IMG/VR virus record: IMGVR_UViG_3300013232_000048
Origin: a virus
DNA length: 53,878 nt
Direction: 5' to 3' (one strand)
Positions 1-8,800 of the stretch are shown here, in pieces. Every line of letters starts with the position of its first letter. Within the stretch, counting starts at the first letter, position 1. Both the position numbers and the translations under genes were made by a program. Below the pieces are notes generated by a model. That model saw only the letters and a program-made list of their open reading frames with translations. It was not told the origin of the DNA and did not search any database.

Positions 1-97
1 AAGTACATAAGTACCTTATTGAAAAAGGGCAAAAAGAGTATTTTGGGGCTTATGGGAAAGTGTTCTATGGGGGTGGGTTTGAAAAAATCCGGGAAAT

Positions 98-418
98 TCA
101 GAATTTAGGTGGGTGATTTTTTTCAGCGACGAAGAGTTCGAGGCGGGGGTTGGAAGAATAATCGTAATGGGATTCCAGTCCTTTTATTTTGATTATGCCA
201 TTGGGGACATTAGTACCTATGGATTTGAGGTAATTGACGAGGATAACTTGCAGATCGGATTCTGAGAAGATCCATAGGTGTTCGGCGGGGATAACGATTT
301 TAGGTTTTTGGTAATAGTTAGTTATATTAGTTGTAGTGGATGAGAGGGTATTTACGGTAATGGAGAGAAGGGTGAGGGCAACAACGGCGAGCCAGAATTT
401 GGTAATAAGATTTTTCAT
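98..418 (-). CDS. small secreted/membrane-anchored protein (N-terminal hydrophobic signal)
   Basis: 106-aa ORF starting MKNLITKFWLAVVALTLLSITV. It is the last gene of a minus-strand run of small ORFs with overlapping ATGA junctions. Confidence 0.4.
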   Translation of the reverse strand: MKNLITKFWLAVVALTLLSITVNTLSSTTTNITNYYQKPKIVIPAEHLWIFSESDLQVILVNYLKSIGTNVPNGIIKIKGLESHYDYSSNPRLELFVAEKNHPPKF

Positions 419-702
419 ATGGGAGTATTTTTGGTATATTTATCCAGTTTGGCGAGGACAGCGTCACGTTGTTTGAGATTTTCGAACCATATCCATATAG
501 AATCGTTACCGCCGATGCGGATACGAAGATAGATACTTTCGTGTCCATTGTCTAGGTTACGTTCAGCGGGTTCGTAACTATAGATGGTAGAAAGATTGAT
601 GCGATAATTATCAATGGTGATATAGTTCATATTGGGAATAGGTATTTTCTGATACCGAGGAAAATGAAATAGATGAGCACACCTAAAATGACCAGTGGCC
701 AA
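415..702 (-). CDS. hypothetical protein (true start may be the internal Met near 630)
   Basis: 95-aa ORF. It overlaps the upstream paralog gene (627-839) by 76 nt, so the shorter start MNYITIDNYRINL is more likely. Confidence 0.3.
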   Translation of the reverse strand: MATGHFRCAHLFHFPRYQKIPIPNMNYITIDNYRINLSTIYSYEPAERNLDNGHESIYLRIRIGGNDSIWIWFENLKQRDAVLAKLDKYTKNTPI

Positions 703-839
703 ATGAGAAGTAGAAAAAACAATGTAAGTCCAATTTCGGCGAGTTCATCTTGTCGAATCCATCGGTTATGGTAGTTAACAATGATAAGAATGACGCCGAT
801 AATGGCGGTAATGAGAGAGTAGATTAGGATTGGGTGCAT
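627..839 (-). CDS. small 2-TM membrane protein, paralog 1 of 3
   Basis: 70 aa with two hydrophobic helices flanking the motif NYHNRWIRQDE...IWPLVI. It is tandem with two similar ORFs. Confidence 0.5.
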   Translation of the reverse strand: MHPILIYSLITAIIGVILIIVNYHNRWIRQDELAEIGLTLFFLLLIWPLVILGVLIYFIFLGIRKYLFPI

Positions 840-869
840 GGGATGATATGTTTGGGTATTTTTGTATAT

Positions 870-1109
870 TTAGTTATTTTTGGATATTTTAACATCTGGG
901 ATACAATAGTTCCACAATCCGTAGGTTAAGAGGAATAGGATTGCGATACCTATAGTGACGGGCCAGATGCAGATAAAGAAGAAGATAGTAACGAGTTGTT
1001 CAACGTGGGTGGGTTCTTTTTTATTGACCCAGGCATAGTGATAGTTGAATATAAGGAATAGTATTGTAATGAAGAGGATACCGCCGAAATATAAGAATGA
1101 GGTAAGCAT
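870..1109 (-). CDS. small 2-TM membrane protein, paralog 2 of 3
   Basis: 79 aa with NYHYAWVNKKE...IWPVTI. The architecture matches the genes at 627-839 and 1116-1349. Confidence 0.5.
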   Translation of the reverse strand: MLTSFLYFGGILFITILFLIFNYHYAWVNKKEPTHVEQLVTIFFFICIWPVTIGIAILFLLTYGLWNYCIPDVKISKNN

Positions 1110-1115
1110 ATGGAG

Positions 1116-1349
1116 TTATATTTTGGGGAGGAAAATATGTATAAAAACATAGTTAACACCGATGATGGTACCGATGAGGGTACCAACGGCGAGGGTGATG
1201 GGCCAGCAGACTAGGACTAGGAGGAATATTACGCTGATGGAGGGATCATGTTCCACTTCGTCTTGAGTAATCCATTTGTATTTGAAGTTAAGAACGGCAA
1301 TGACACCAAGGATGGCAAACATTATAAGGAAATACAGGATGATGTACAT
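1116..1349 (-). CDS. small 2-TM membrane protein, paralog 3 of 3
   Basis: 77 aa with NFKYKWITQDE...CWPITL. It is the third tandem copy. Confidence 0.5.
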   Translation of the reverse strand: MYIILYFLIMFAILGVIAVLNFKYKWITQDEVEHDPSISVIFLLVLVCWPITLAVGTLIGTIIGVNYVFIHIFLPKI

Positions 1350-1485
1350 ATGGTATATTATTTAATGAGCCATGCAACGAACTGGCGGATTTTGACATCG
1401 AGTTTATCTATGGCATTAAAAAAGGGATCGGGGTAATTGAAGAAGATCAACAGGGCGATCCATGGAAAGATGATGATAAAAAGTT

Positions 1486-2574
1486 TCATTTTGTTATTCC
1501 CGGAATGAAGCCGCCGATGGTACCTGGCAAAGAGTTAGATTTTGCGAGAGTGGAGCGGGCAATTGTGCCGGAAGAACCAAACCATTGTTTACCTGTACTA
1601 ATCTCTCGTAATCCTGCCTCAAGGATTTTAATCATTTGGAAGAGTTGGCATCGTTCTTTGTTAAGGGTAGCAATTAGATTTGCTCTTTCGTCCAGGGTTT
1701 TCCTTTGTTCTGCCAAAGCTTTATTGGCATCGGCTAGGTTACTGGCGGTTTGGTTAAGGATACTTTTTGTTTGTTTGAGTTGGCATTCAGTACACCCGCC
1801 GCACATGGAACTGATTTCATTGGTCTTGGCACCTTGGCAAGAGTACGCAGCGTTTTCGGCAATAAGGCGGGTGGTTTGGGTTTGGTACTTTTTGATTTCT
1901 TCTTCGAGTTTGATAACTTCGGAAGTCATTTTCTCATGGTGGTTTGGAAAGGCAAACGTTTCGTTGAGAAGTCTTAGATTTTCTTCATTCAATCGTTTAT
2001 TCTCAGCCACCAGTTTTTGATTGGCTTCGTGGAGTTCAATCAATTTTCTGGCTAGATGTTCGTCACTAACTTTAGCCGCACGGATTTTCTCCATTTCTTT
2101 CTTGGCCAGTTCTATAGTTGTGTTTAACTCTTTGACATGGTTTTGGGCATAAGTCAAGTTGCGTCGTACTTCACACAACTCATTGGTGGTCTTTTGGTTT
2201 TCTTCGGTGATTGCTTGGCGAGTACTTCTTTCTTGTGCCACCCAGATTTCTCGTTGTTGGCATTTGCCTATAAGCAACTTATTATGTTCTTCGGTATCCC
2301 ACAACTCAGTTTGTAACTGGTCGAGGCAGTTTTCCAGAGCTTGGATTTTGATATTTGCCATTTTTACTTCGAGGAGTGACATATCGAGTCGTGTTGGGGG
2401 AGCGGGAAGTGGTTGGCTAGGGATTGGTCTTAGTGGGTTTGACATAAATGCAGTCGTGTTGGGGTGGGGTTGAATCATTGGTCGTTCCGCTGGCATATTC
2501 GTAGGCGTGATAGGAGCAGACGGGGCATTGATCTGGAAAGATTTCCTTAAATGCTTTTGCCATATCCTCGTCAT
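1486..2574 (-). CDS. coiled-coil protein with a Pro-rich N-terminus (possible later start near 2382)
   Basis: 362-aa ORF with a long heptad-like K/E/L/N-rich segment and a C-terminal CGGCTEC. It overlaps ORF 2417-2644 in another frame, so the start is uncertain. Confidence 0.5.
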   Translation of the reverse strand: MTRIWQKHLRKSFQINAPSAPITPTNMPAERPMIQPHPNTTAFMSNPLRPIPSQPLPAPPTRLDMSLLEVKMANIKIQALENCLDQLQTELWDTEEHNKLLIGKCQQREIWVAQERSTRQAITEENQKTTNELCEVRRNLTYAQNHVKELNTTIELAKKEMEKIRAAKVSDEHLARKLIELHEANQKLVAENKRLNEENLRLLNETFAFPNHHEKMTSEVIKLEEEIKKYQTQTTRLIAENAAYSCQGAKTNEISSMCGGCTECQLKQTKSILNQTASNLADANKALAEQRKTLDERANLIATLNKERCQLFQMIKILEAGLREISTGKQWFGSSGTIARSTLAKSNSLPGTIGGFIPGITK

Positions 2575-2644
2575 TAAACAGCCAATTTAGGAGTGCTTTG
2601 ATCATTTGTTTTGGTTTTTGCTTTGCTAAACTCGTTGGTAACAT
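2417..2644 (-). CDS. hypothetical small protein
   Basis: 75-aa ORF. It overlaps the long N-terminal extension of the coiled-coil ORF, so only one of the two reading frames is likely real here. Confidence 0.25.
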   Translation of the reverse strand: MLPTSLAKQKPKQMIKALLNWLFNDEDMAKAFKEIFPDQCPVCSYHAYEYASGTTNDSTPPQHDCIYVKPTKTNP

Positions 2645-2831
2645 GTCCTAGTACAAACTGAGTGCCAGCCATGAATCCAGCCACGAAAACTTTTCGGGTA
2701 ATTTCATAAGCAACGGCATCAATCTCGGGGGTGATGACATTGACTTCAGCAAACTTAGTCCATGCTTCATCTCGACTAGTATCGATGGTTTTGATTGCAT
2801 CTTCGGGGGTGGTATTAAAAAATAGGTTCAT
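2574..2831 (-). CDS. hypothetical protein
   Basis: 85-aa ORF in a minus-strand operon. Its start overlaps the stop of the next gene (ATGA at 2828-2831). Confidence 0.4.
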   Translation of the reverse strand: MNLFFNTTPEDAIKTIDTSRDEAWTKFAEVNVITPEIDAVAYEITRKVFVAGFMAGTQFVLGHVTNEFSKAKTKTNDQSTPKLAV

Positions 2832-3064
2832 GTAGTGTATTTGGGTCTTTTTTGATTTTTTGAAACTTGTCGTACTCGTTTTTCCGCCAGCGGATCAATA
2901 TCATCGTCTAGTCCACAAGGTTTATCTTTTGGCTGTCCCAGTGTTGCCACGGCATCTCTGACAATTTTTACTGCCTGCTGTTGAGTCAGACATGGATTCA
3001 GTTTAGAAGGTGCATCACCGCAAGGTGCGGCATCCAATAGTTCTAGGGCTTCCTTAAGCTTCAT
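2828..3064 (-). CDS. hypothetical protein
   Basis: 78-aa ORF that is translationally coupled to the genes on either side. Confidence 0.4.
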   Translation of the reverse strand: MKLKEALELLDAAPCGDAPSKLNPCLTQQQAVKIVRDAVATLGQPKDKPCGLDDDIDPLAEKRVRQVSKNQKRPKYTT

Positions 3065-3353
3065 TGACTTCCGCCTCCACGGTAATTTTGATTATTTTGT
3101 GAATGAGTTTGGGCAAAGGTAAAACGGCGGGAACGAACATAGGAAACATTCCTTCGGTGAATGGGCCGTCAAACAATGGCATCAAACAAAGGTTTCTGGG
3201 TTCATTTTCTTGTGCGGGAACAAAAAAGATACGGTACAATCCATTGGGCAGAGGATGTTCTGGAGTGGATGCGAGTACTGCATAATCTCCATTTTCAATG
3301 GCATTCCATTTGGATTCATTATTGGAGGGTTTAAGGTTAATGTTTACGTTCAT
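3054..3353 (-). CDS. hypothetical protein
   Basis: 99-aa ORF in the same minus-strand operon. Two further sub-60-aa ORFs follow at about 3356-3527 and 3524-3679, the latter with a CCGAP...CSDCGEH zinc-ribbon-like motif. Confidence 0.4.
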   Translation of the reverse strand: MNVNINLKPSNNESKWNAIENGDYAVLASTPEHPLPNGLYRIFFVPAQENEPRNLCLMPLFDGPFTEGMFPMFVPAVLPLPKLIHKIIKITVEAEVNEA

Positions 3354-3722
3354 TTCAATGCTTTTTTTATTTCAGATATTGGAACTTGCTGTTTCCATAT
3401 AATCGGTCCACCACCCCAGGCTTTATTTCCAGCAACCCGATAATCATTGATCGTAATACTCAGTCCTTCTACTCCCCGAACAATGCAGACTTCAACCGTT
3501 TTTTCTGATTTAGGTTTTTTCATTCTCGTTCGATGTCTATTTCGAATGATGTATGCTCACCGCAATCTGAACAAATATCGGATTCACCCATTCTAGGTGC
3601 TCCACAACAGACGGATAACAATGACGACTCAGAATAAAACTCGTCACCGTAGTTTGGATCGTCCTCAATTCTTTTCATGGTGACAATATAGCAAATGGAA
3701 TGCAGATTGTCAAGGAGATATT

Positions 3723-4004
3723 TTAGGTCAGTGTCTTGCCGACGCTTGGGTGGGAGCGTACTCGGTTGTGGATATGATTTTTCAGTGCGACTTCACATGA
3801 AATGAGGAAGTCTTGGCTCACTCGGGTAAACATTTTGGCTCGTTGGGGTGCGGGATTAGATTGGGCAACTTCCAGGGCAAACTTTTTGCATTTGGACGCA
3901 CAGATCAGTTTGAACTTACTTGGAGCAGAAAAGGTTTCGGGTGTTGTAATTGGTTCATTCATAGTGGCAGAGTATAGTGGAAAGTGGTGATTTGTCAACA
4001 ACAT
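3723..4004 (-). CDS. hypothetical protein
   Basis: 93-aa ORF. The internal Met (MNEPITTPE) is a plausible alternative start. Confidence 0.3.
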   Translation of the reverse strand: MLLTNHHFPLYSATMNEPITTPETFSAPSKFKLICASKCKKFALEVAQSNPAPQRAKMFTRVSQDFLISCEVALKNHIHNRVRSHPSVGKTLT

Positions 4005-4238
4005 TTTGATTTTTCTTTTGGGACACCGCTACATATTGGTATGATAAGCATCGTTAAAATAAAGTCTGATAGAGTGTTGTTTCTGAAGGCGTTACGAGAG
4101 GTAGTTAATATGCAACGGGAGGAAGTAGAAGGTACTGACCGAAAAGAAGTTCGGCGGCTGAAGATTTATTGCCGAGAGATTGACAAATGGATTGATGAAC
4201 TGGAAAAAAAGAAAAAGGAAACCTATGACGTTACTTAA
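3984..4238 (+). CDS. hypothetical protein
   Basis: 84-aa ORF with a charged C-terminus, at the start of the plus-strand gene run. Confidence 0.35.
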   Translation: MVICQQHFDFSFGTPLHIGMISIVKIKSDRVLFLKALREVVNMQREEVEGTDRKEVRRLKIYCREIDKWIDELEKKKKETYDVT

Positions 4239-4259
4239 CCTGACGTACTGGTTGAATGT

Positions 4260-4916
4260 GTGGGCGATATTTTATCCACATTATGTTACTTTCGTGGTAT
4301 ATTTATATCTATGATTAGATTAAAGGAACTATTGCTTGAATATGTAACAGGGACAATCACGTCTGGTGATATTTACAACTTCTATTTTCTGTTCTATTAC
4401 AATCAGTTTGAACCCAATCTTCTTAACACGTCCTACGCCAGAGACATTGAGCGAGAGTATCTTTATGCCATCAAAGAGAAATACCTGTCAACCTTCAAAG
4501 CTTTACTTGCGGAACAGATAAACAAATACATTGGTCGTAAGAGAATGGATCCTGATTTTCCAACCAAACAAGTTTCCGAGACAGATTCCGCCGAAACATT
4601 GGAATTTTTGATGGCTAAGACATTTCGCAGTGATATGAAGCGGCGCAATGATGTGTGGAATATTGCTGCCCGAGCTACGGCTCAGCTAGAAAAGATTACT
4701 AATCCCAAACTTCTTTATGCACCCATCAATGCATTGAATATGGCCGTTCATAATACTAACACTTTAATTCTTGGAAAACTTGGTGGTGGGTATGGTCTGA
4801 TGCAAGCGTATGATGCCTGTGCGAATGCAGACCCAAAATATTATGTGGGCAGAGTATCCAAAGACTTAAGAGATTTGCTTAAAAATCCTGAACCGGAAGA
4901 ACCTCCGCAATTCTAA
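4260..4916 (+). CDS. hypothetical protein sharing a Gly-rich module with the N-terminus of the giant protein
   Basis: 218-aa ORF. Its motif LGKLGGGYGLMQAYDACANADPKYYV resembles WSKLGGGAGS...DPKYSGISAW and WGGGYGGPKWGAG in the 3220-aa protein. Confidence 0.5.
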   Translation: MGDILSTLCYFRGIFISMIRLKELLLEYVTGTITSGDIYNFYFLFYYNQFEPNLLNTSYARDIEREYLYAIKEKYLSTFKALLAEQINKYIGRKRMDPDFPTKQVSETDSAETLEFLMAKTFRSDMKRRNDVWNIAARATAQLEKITNPKLLYAPINALNMAVHNTNTLILGKLGGGYGLMQAYDACANADPKYYVGRVSKDLRDLLKNPEPEEPPQF

Positions 4917-4921
4917 AAGTT

Positions 4922-5350
4922 ATGAAGTTCAATTCGAAAAGTGTTACATTAAATCGAGGCGTCAATGTGATGCATCCAGTACAGTTACCTTCTGCATTGA
5001 CTACCTATAATATTCCAGAAGATATATGGGACGAATCCATTGTGAGGTTTAACAAAGAACTTGATGCACGTTCTCAAGTATCTGAGATTGTTAATGGTAT
5101 TAAAGTAGATGTTCTTCGGATTAAACGTGCGATGGGAAATGTTATTCTTTGGATGACCGCCAAAGAACATGATGTAGCGACCATCGAAGCGTTGACTTTT
5201 ACATTAAAGGGGCAACTTGTTTTTGAAAATGAAAAATCTGACGCAGTGGAAAAACTACTTATCAACGATTTATTCTGTGGAGTACTGGCGTATGGGCTGC
5301 CGAACGATGGGATGAAAAGTATCTTTCGCAAAAAAGACTTGACATCTTGA
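4922..5350 (+). CDS. hypothetical protein
   Basis: 142-aa ORF that ends 30 nt before the tmRNA-like gene. Confidence 0.45.
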   Translation: MKFNSKSVTLNRGVNVMHPVQLPSALTTYNIPEDIWDESIVRFNKELDARSQVSEIVNGIKVDVLRIKRAMGNVILWMTAKEHDVATIEALTFTLKGQLVFENEKSDAVEKLLINDLFCGVLAYGLPNDGMKSIFRKKDLTS

Positions 5351-5380
5351 GTAACTTCTGGCATATTTATAGACATCAGT

Positions 5381-5785
5381 GGGGCCGTAATGGTCTCGAT
5401 TAAGTTCTTTGACTATAGAGAGTACGTAGAGGTTGATCATCTGGCCTCTTAAAAAGAAGATCAAAAAATCAACAGCCAACCGTATTAACGCACTGGCCTC
5501 GATCAACTTTGAGTTCGACATGAACGAAGAGTTGGTTACTGAAGAACTGGCGACAGTTTAACTTTGGTAAGTAGGAATAGATTCTCGCTATAAACCTATT
5601 GAGTAAGCAGCGAGGAAAACTGCTGGTAGTTCTAATTACCAGACTGATTCGAAAAGCCAGTATGCTGATCTATGTCCGACAGTTTGCTCATTTGTCATGC
5701 GGACGAATAAAAAAATGAGATAAACGTATAGTGCTCTGTAGAATAAGTATTTAACACCCGGGTTCGATTCCCGGCGGCTCCACCA
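5381..5785 (+). ncRNA. ssrA: tmRNA (ssrA-like), about 405 nt with encoded CCA
   Basis: The 5' end GGGGCCGTAATGGTCTCGAT resembles the E. coli tmRNA 5' end GGGGCUGAUUCUGGAUUCGAC. The 3' end GGGTTCGATTCCCGGCGGCTCCACCA resembles GGGUUCAACUCCCGCCAGCUCCACCA. The 7-bp acceptor GGGGCCG/CGGCTCC has one G-U pair. An internal ORF-like tag ends ...EELATV-TAA. Confidence 0.75.
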
Positions 5786-5835
5786 CTTCTCTTGTTTTAT
5801 TCCTTTCTTTCGCCATATTTATTCTATGTACTATT

Positions 5836-8800
5836 ATGGCTATTTCTCTAAAAGAACAACTCAATCAGGCCCAACAGATTACGGAAGTCATCTATCGTGC
5901 TCCTATATTTGGATATAACTATTATCAGCACGGAAATCATAGTAAAGGTCGAGAGCAAGGAAGACGAATGTTTTATGATTTCTATGCCATGGAATTGCTA
6001 TGGTCTAAGTTGGGTGGTGGCGCTGGGTCTAAAGCTGAACAGAACCGAGTCAACCAAGCTAAAGCAAAAGTTGCAGCGGGAACGGCTACTGACGACGATT
6101 ATTTTTATGCTAACCTAGACCCAAAATATTCGGGCATTTCTGCGTGGCATGGTACTAGTGCTGTAGCGGGTGCGGTGATTCTTCCTCACAAACTTCAAAC
6201 TACGGTTGATGATTTGTACGAACAAGTAACTCGGGCGGTATCCAAAGAATTGCTTGACTATGTTCGGTTTGCTGTTATCCAAGAATTTCAGTATCTTATA
6301 TCATATTCTGATGGATGGTCGAAGTTTCGTCAGGAAATCGTTTCTCATTATAATTCGAGCAGTACAATCACCAAACAACAATTTGATGCCATTGTTAATA
6401 AGCGCATTCCCGAAATGCGACCATATCCATCAGTAGTTAAACGGTTGCTGAAGTATTCCAAGTACTTTAGTTCGATGCATACGATAGATGATAAAGATCC
6501 ATTTGATGTAACTCGTAATTTGTCTGGTAAACCGCCCGTAGGACCCTCCGAACCAGAAGATCCATTTATTGAACCTCAAGGACATGAGGAAGATGAACCT
6601 ATTTCAATGCCGGGTGGTGAAGAACCTCCACCAGAAGGCGAAGAAATTCCAGGCCGTGAGTTTGGTACACAAGGAGATGTTGTTGGAAATATTCCCCCAG
6701 GATGGCCAGATGATAAAGATGAAGATGAAGACGAAGATGAAAAAAATAAGTTGACAGAACAACTATTGACTGAAGAAGAAATCAATCCGAAAAAAATAAA
6801 AAAGGTAATGGCAGCTATGAAAAAAGCCGATATTACTTTGGATGATATCGAGAAGTCGTACAACTATATTCCATGGGGAGGCGGTTATGGTGGTCCAAAA
6901 TGGGGTGCTGGGGCGTTGGCACTTTTGAAACTCATGGAAGCTAGAAAGACGATGGATGTTGAAGGACTTAACTCCATTATTGACCACATTTACGATTTGC
7001 AACATAATACGGGTGCATTATTGAATAAAGGACCGATGTATGTTGAGGATGAAGATTTGAATCGCCGATACAAAATTAGACATATTGCCCGGTTCCTTCC
7101 ACATGTATCTTTGGTAGTCAAAGGAATTATTACTATTTGTTTGAAGTATCTTGAGAATGATCCTGCTCAAGCGAAGCTGGAGATGGAAAAAGAAAAAATT
7201 GTTAGCAGTCCTACAAAAGACATGACTCCCGAACAACAAGCGTTTCTGAAAGAAAAGGGATTCAATTTTGTAAACGCAGGTAGGTGTCGGGCGGCGATTA
7301 ACTTCAAGAATAAAATGGGCGCATCAGTGTCGGGGGTTTATTATCAAATAACAGCACACGCCGATGGTCGTTTTTCTGTTAACGATAACTTGATGGCGGA
7401 TATTCAAGTGTTTAACACGTTTGAAGAAGTTCAGAAATTCATTCCACATTTTGAAGCTGACATTAAGAAAGGTGGAGTGTCTAGTTCTTCTTCTTCTCAT
7501 GCTGCACCGATCAAATCTGAAAAAGAGATTTATAAACAATCTCATTCTCGTATAAAACTTCCTGCGGATAAAGAGACGGATTTGCTTTATCAAGCAAAAA
7601 TGGGTTGGAGAAATAGTCAGAAGTACAAGGCATATTTCCCAGGTAGTAAGCGATTTGAATTGTATGCATTTTCGGATGGAAGTTTTCTGGCCACTTACAG
7701 TGATTCAATGGAATTCAAAGTTTTTACTGATTGGATAAATGCGTTTAATTATTGTAAAACGGAAGGTGCAAAAGCATTGGATTATCCCGATAAAGATGGA
7801 GCACTGGCTGCCATTGGTAAGGGTGGGTCTGGTAATGTTGTATCACCATCGGAACCTGTGGGGGCACCGGTAGTACCATCGAAACCTGTAGTGACCGTGG
7901 ATTACTATTTGGAACCATTAGAGGTACAATCAATTAAACAATTGCTTTCTGCGGCATCATTTACAGCTATTCATGTTATTGGTCAGGATAGTACTGGAAT
8001 GTATAATATTGGTACTTTGCAAAATGGACACTTATTTTCCGTAGGTCATAAACTCAATACTGCTTATGGGAAAACTTACAGAGTGGCGCATAACCTTCCT
8101 GGTGGAGTACCTGAAACTTGGACATTTTCAGACTGGAAACAAACCTATGAGTTTCTTCAGAAAAACCTACAGGGATTGATAAAGAATATACCAATATCTT
8201 CGACCAAATCATTTCTATCTGCCACAACTCCATTAGCATATACACCCACAGGTAATGATCTTCCAGCTTATTCTCCAAGCAAAGCATCTTATGCGATGCA
8301 CACTGGAATACAAACTCCTCCAAAGCATACAATTCGGTTGACTAAAGAAGACGAAGCATTGGTCACAGCGGCTGGGTTTATACCAAAAATGTTAAGTGGC
8401 GATGTTTGGTATATTCATAAGTTTGCCAAAGATACCATCAAGTTTTATCCTAACAATACTGCAAAACTATTGTTTACCAGTCAATCATCCACTGTTCCTG
8501 GAGTCAACTTTAATAATATAGAAAAAATGTTAGTGTGGGTACAGAAAAACTATACGTCAACGACTACTAAATCACCCCTTGAGACTGGAGTTCCCACGGC
8601 GGCTCCTGTAGCAGGTGGTGGAACCCAGTTGGGGTCAATGATGGAAAAGATTCTAATATCTGCTGGTTTTGCTTGGAATGATGCAACAAAGACTTATGAG
8701 GATGCTAATAAACCTGGCGCTCCGAATACTATAGTTATCAAGCCCAATAAAGCTTCGGTTTTAATGGTTAAACCGAATACAGCTTACAATGATGAAGTAC

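Noticed and set aside
1248-2473. Plus-strand ORFs 1248-1436, 1505-2020, 1750-1977 and 2159-2473
   Set aside because: They are antisense to the minus-strand gene run and have no start context.
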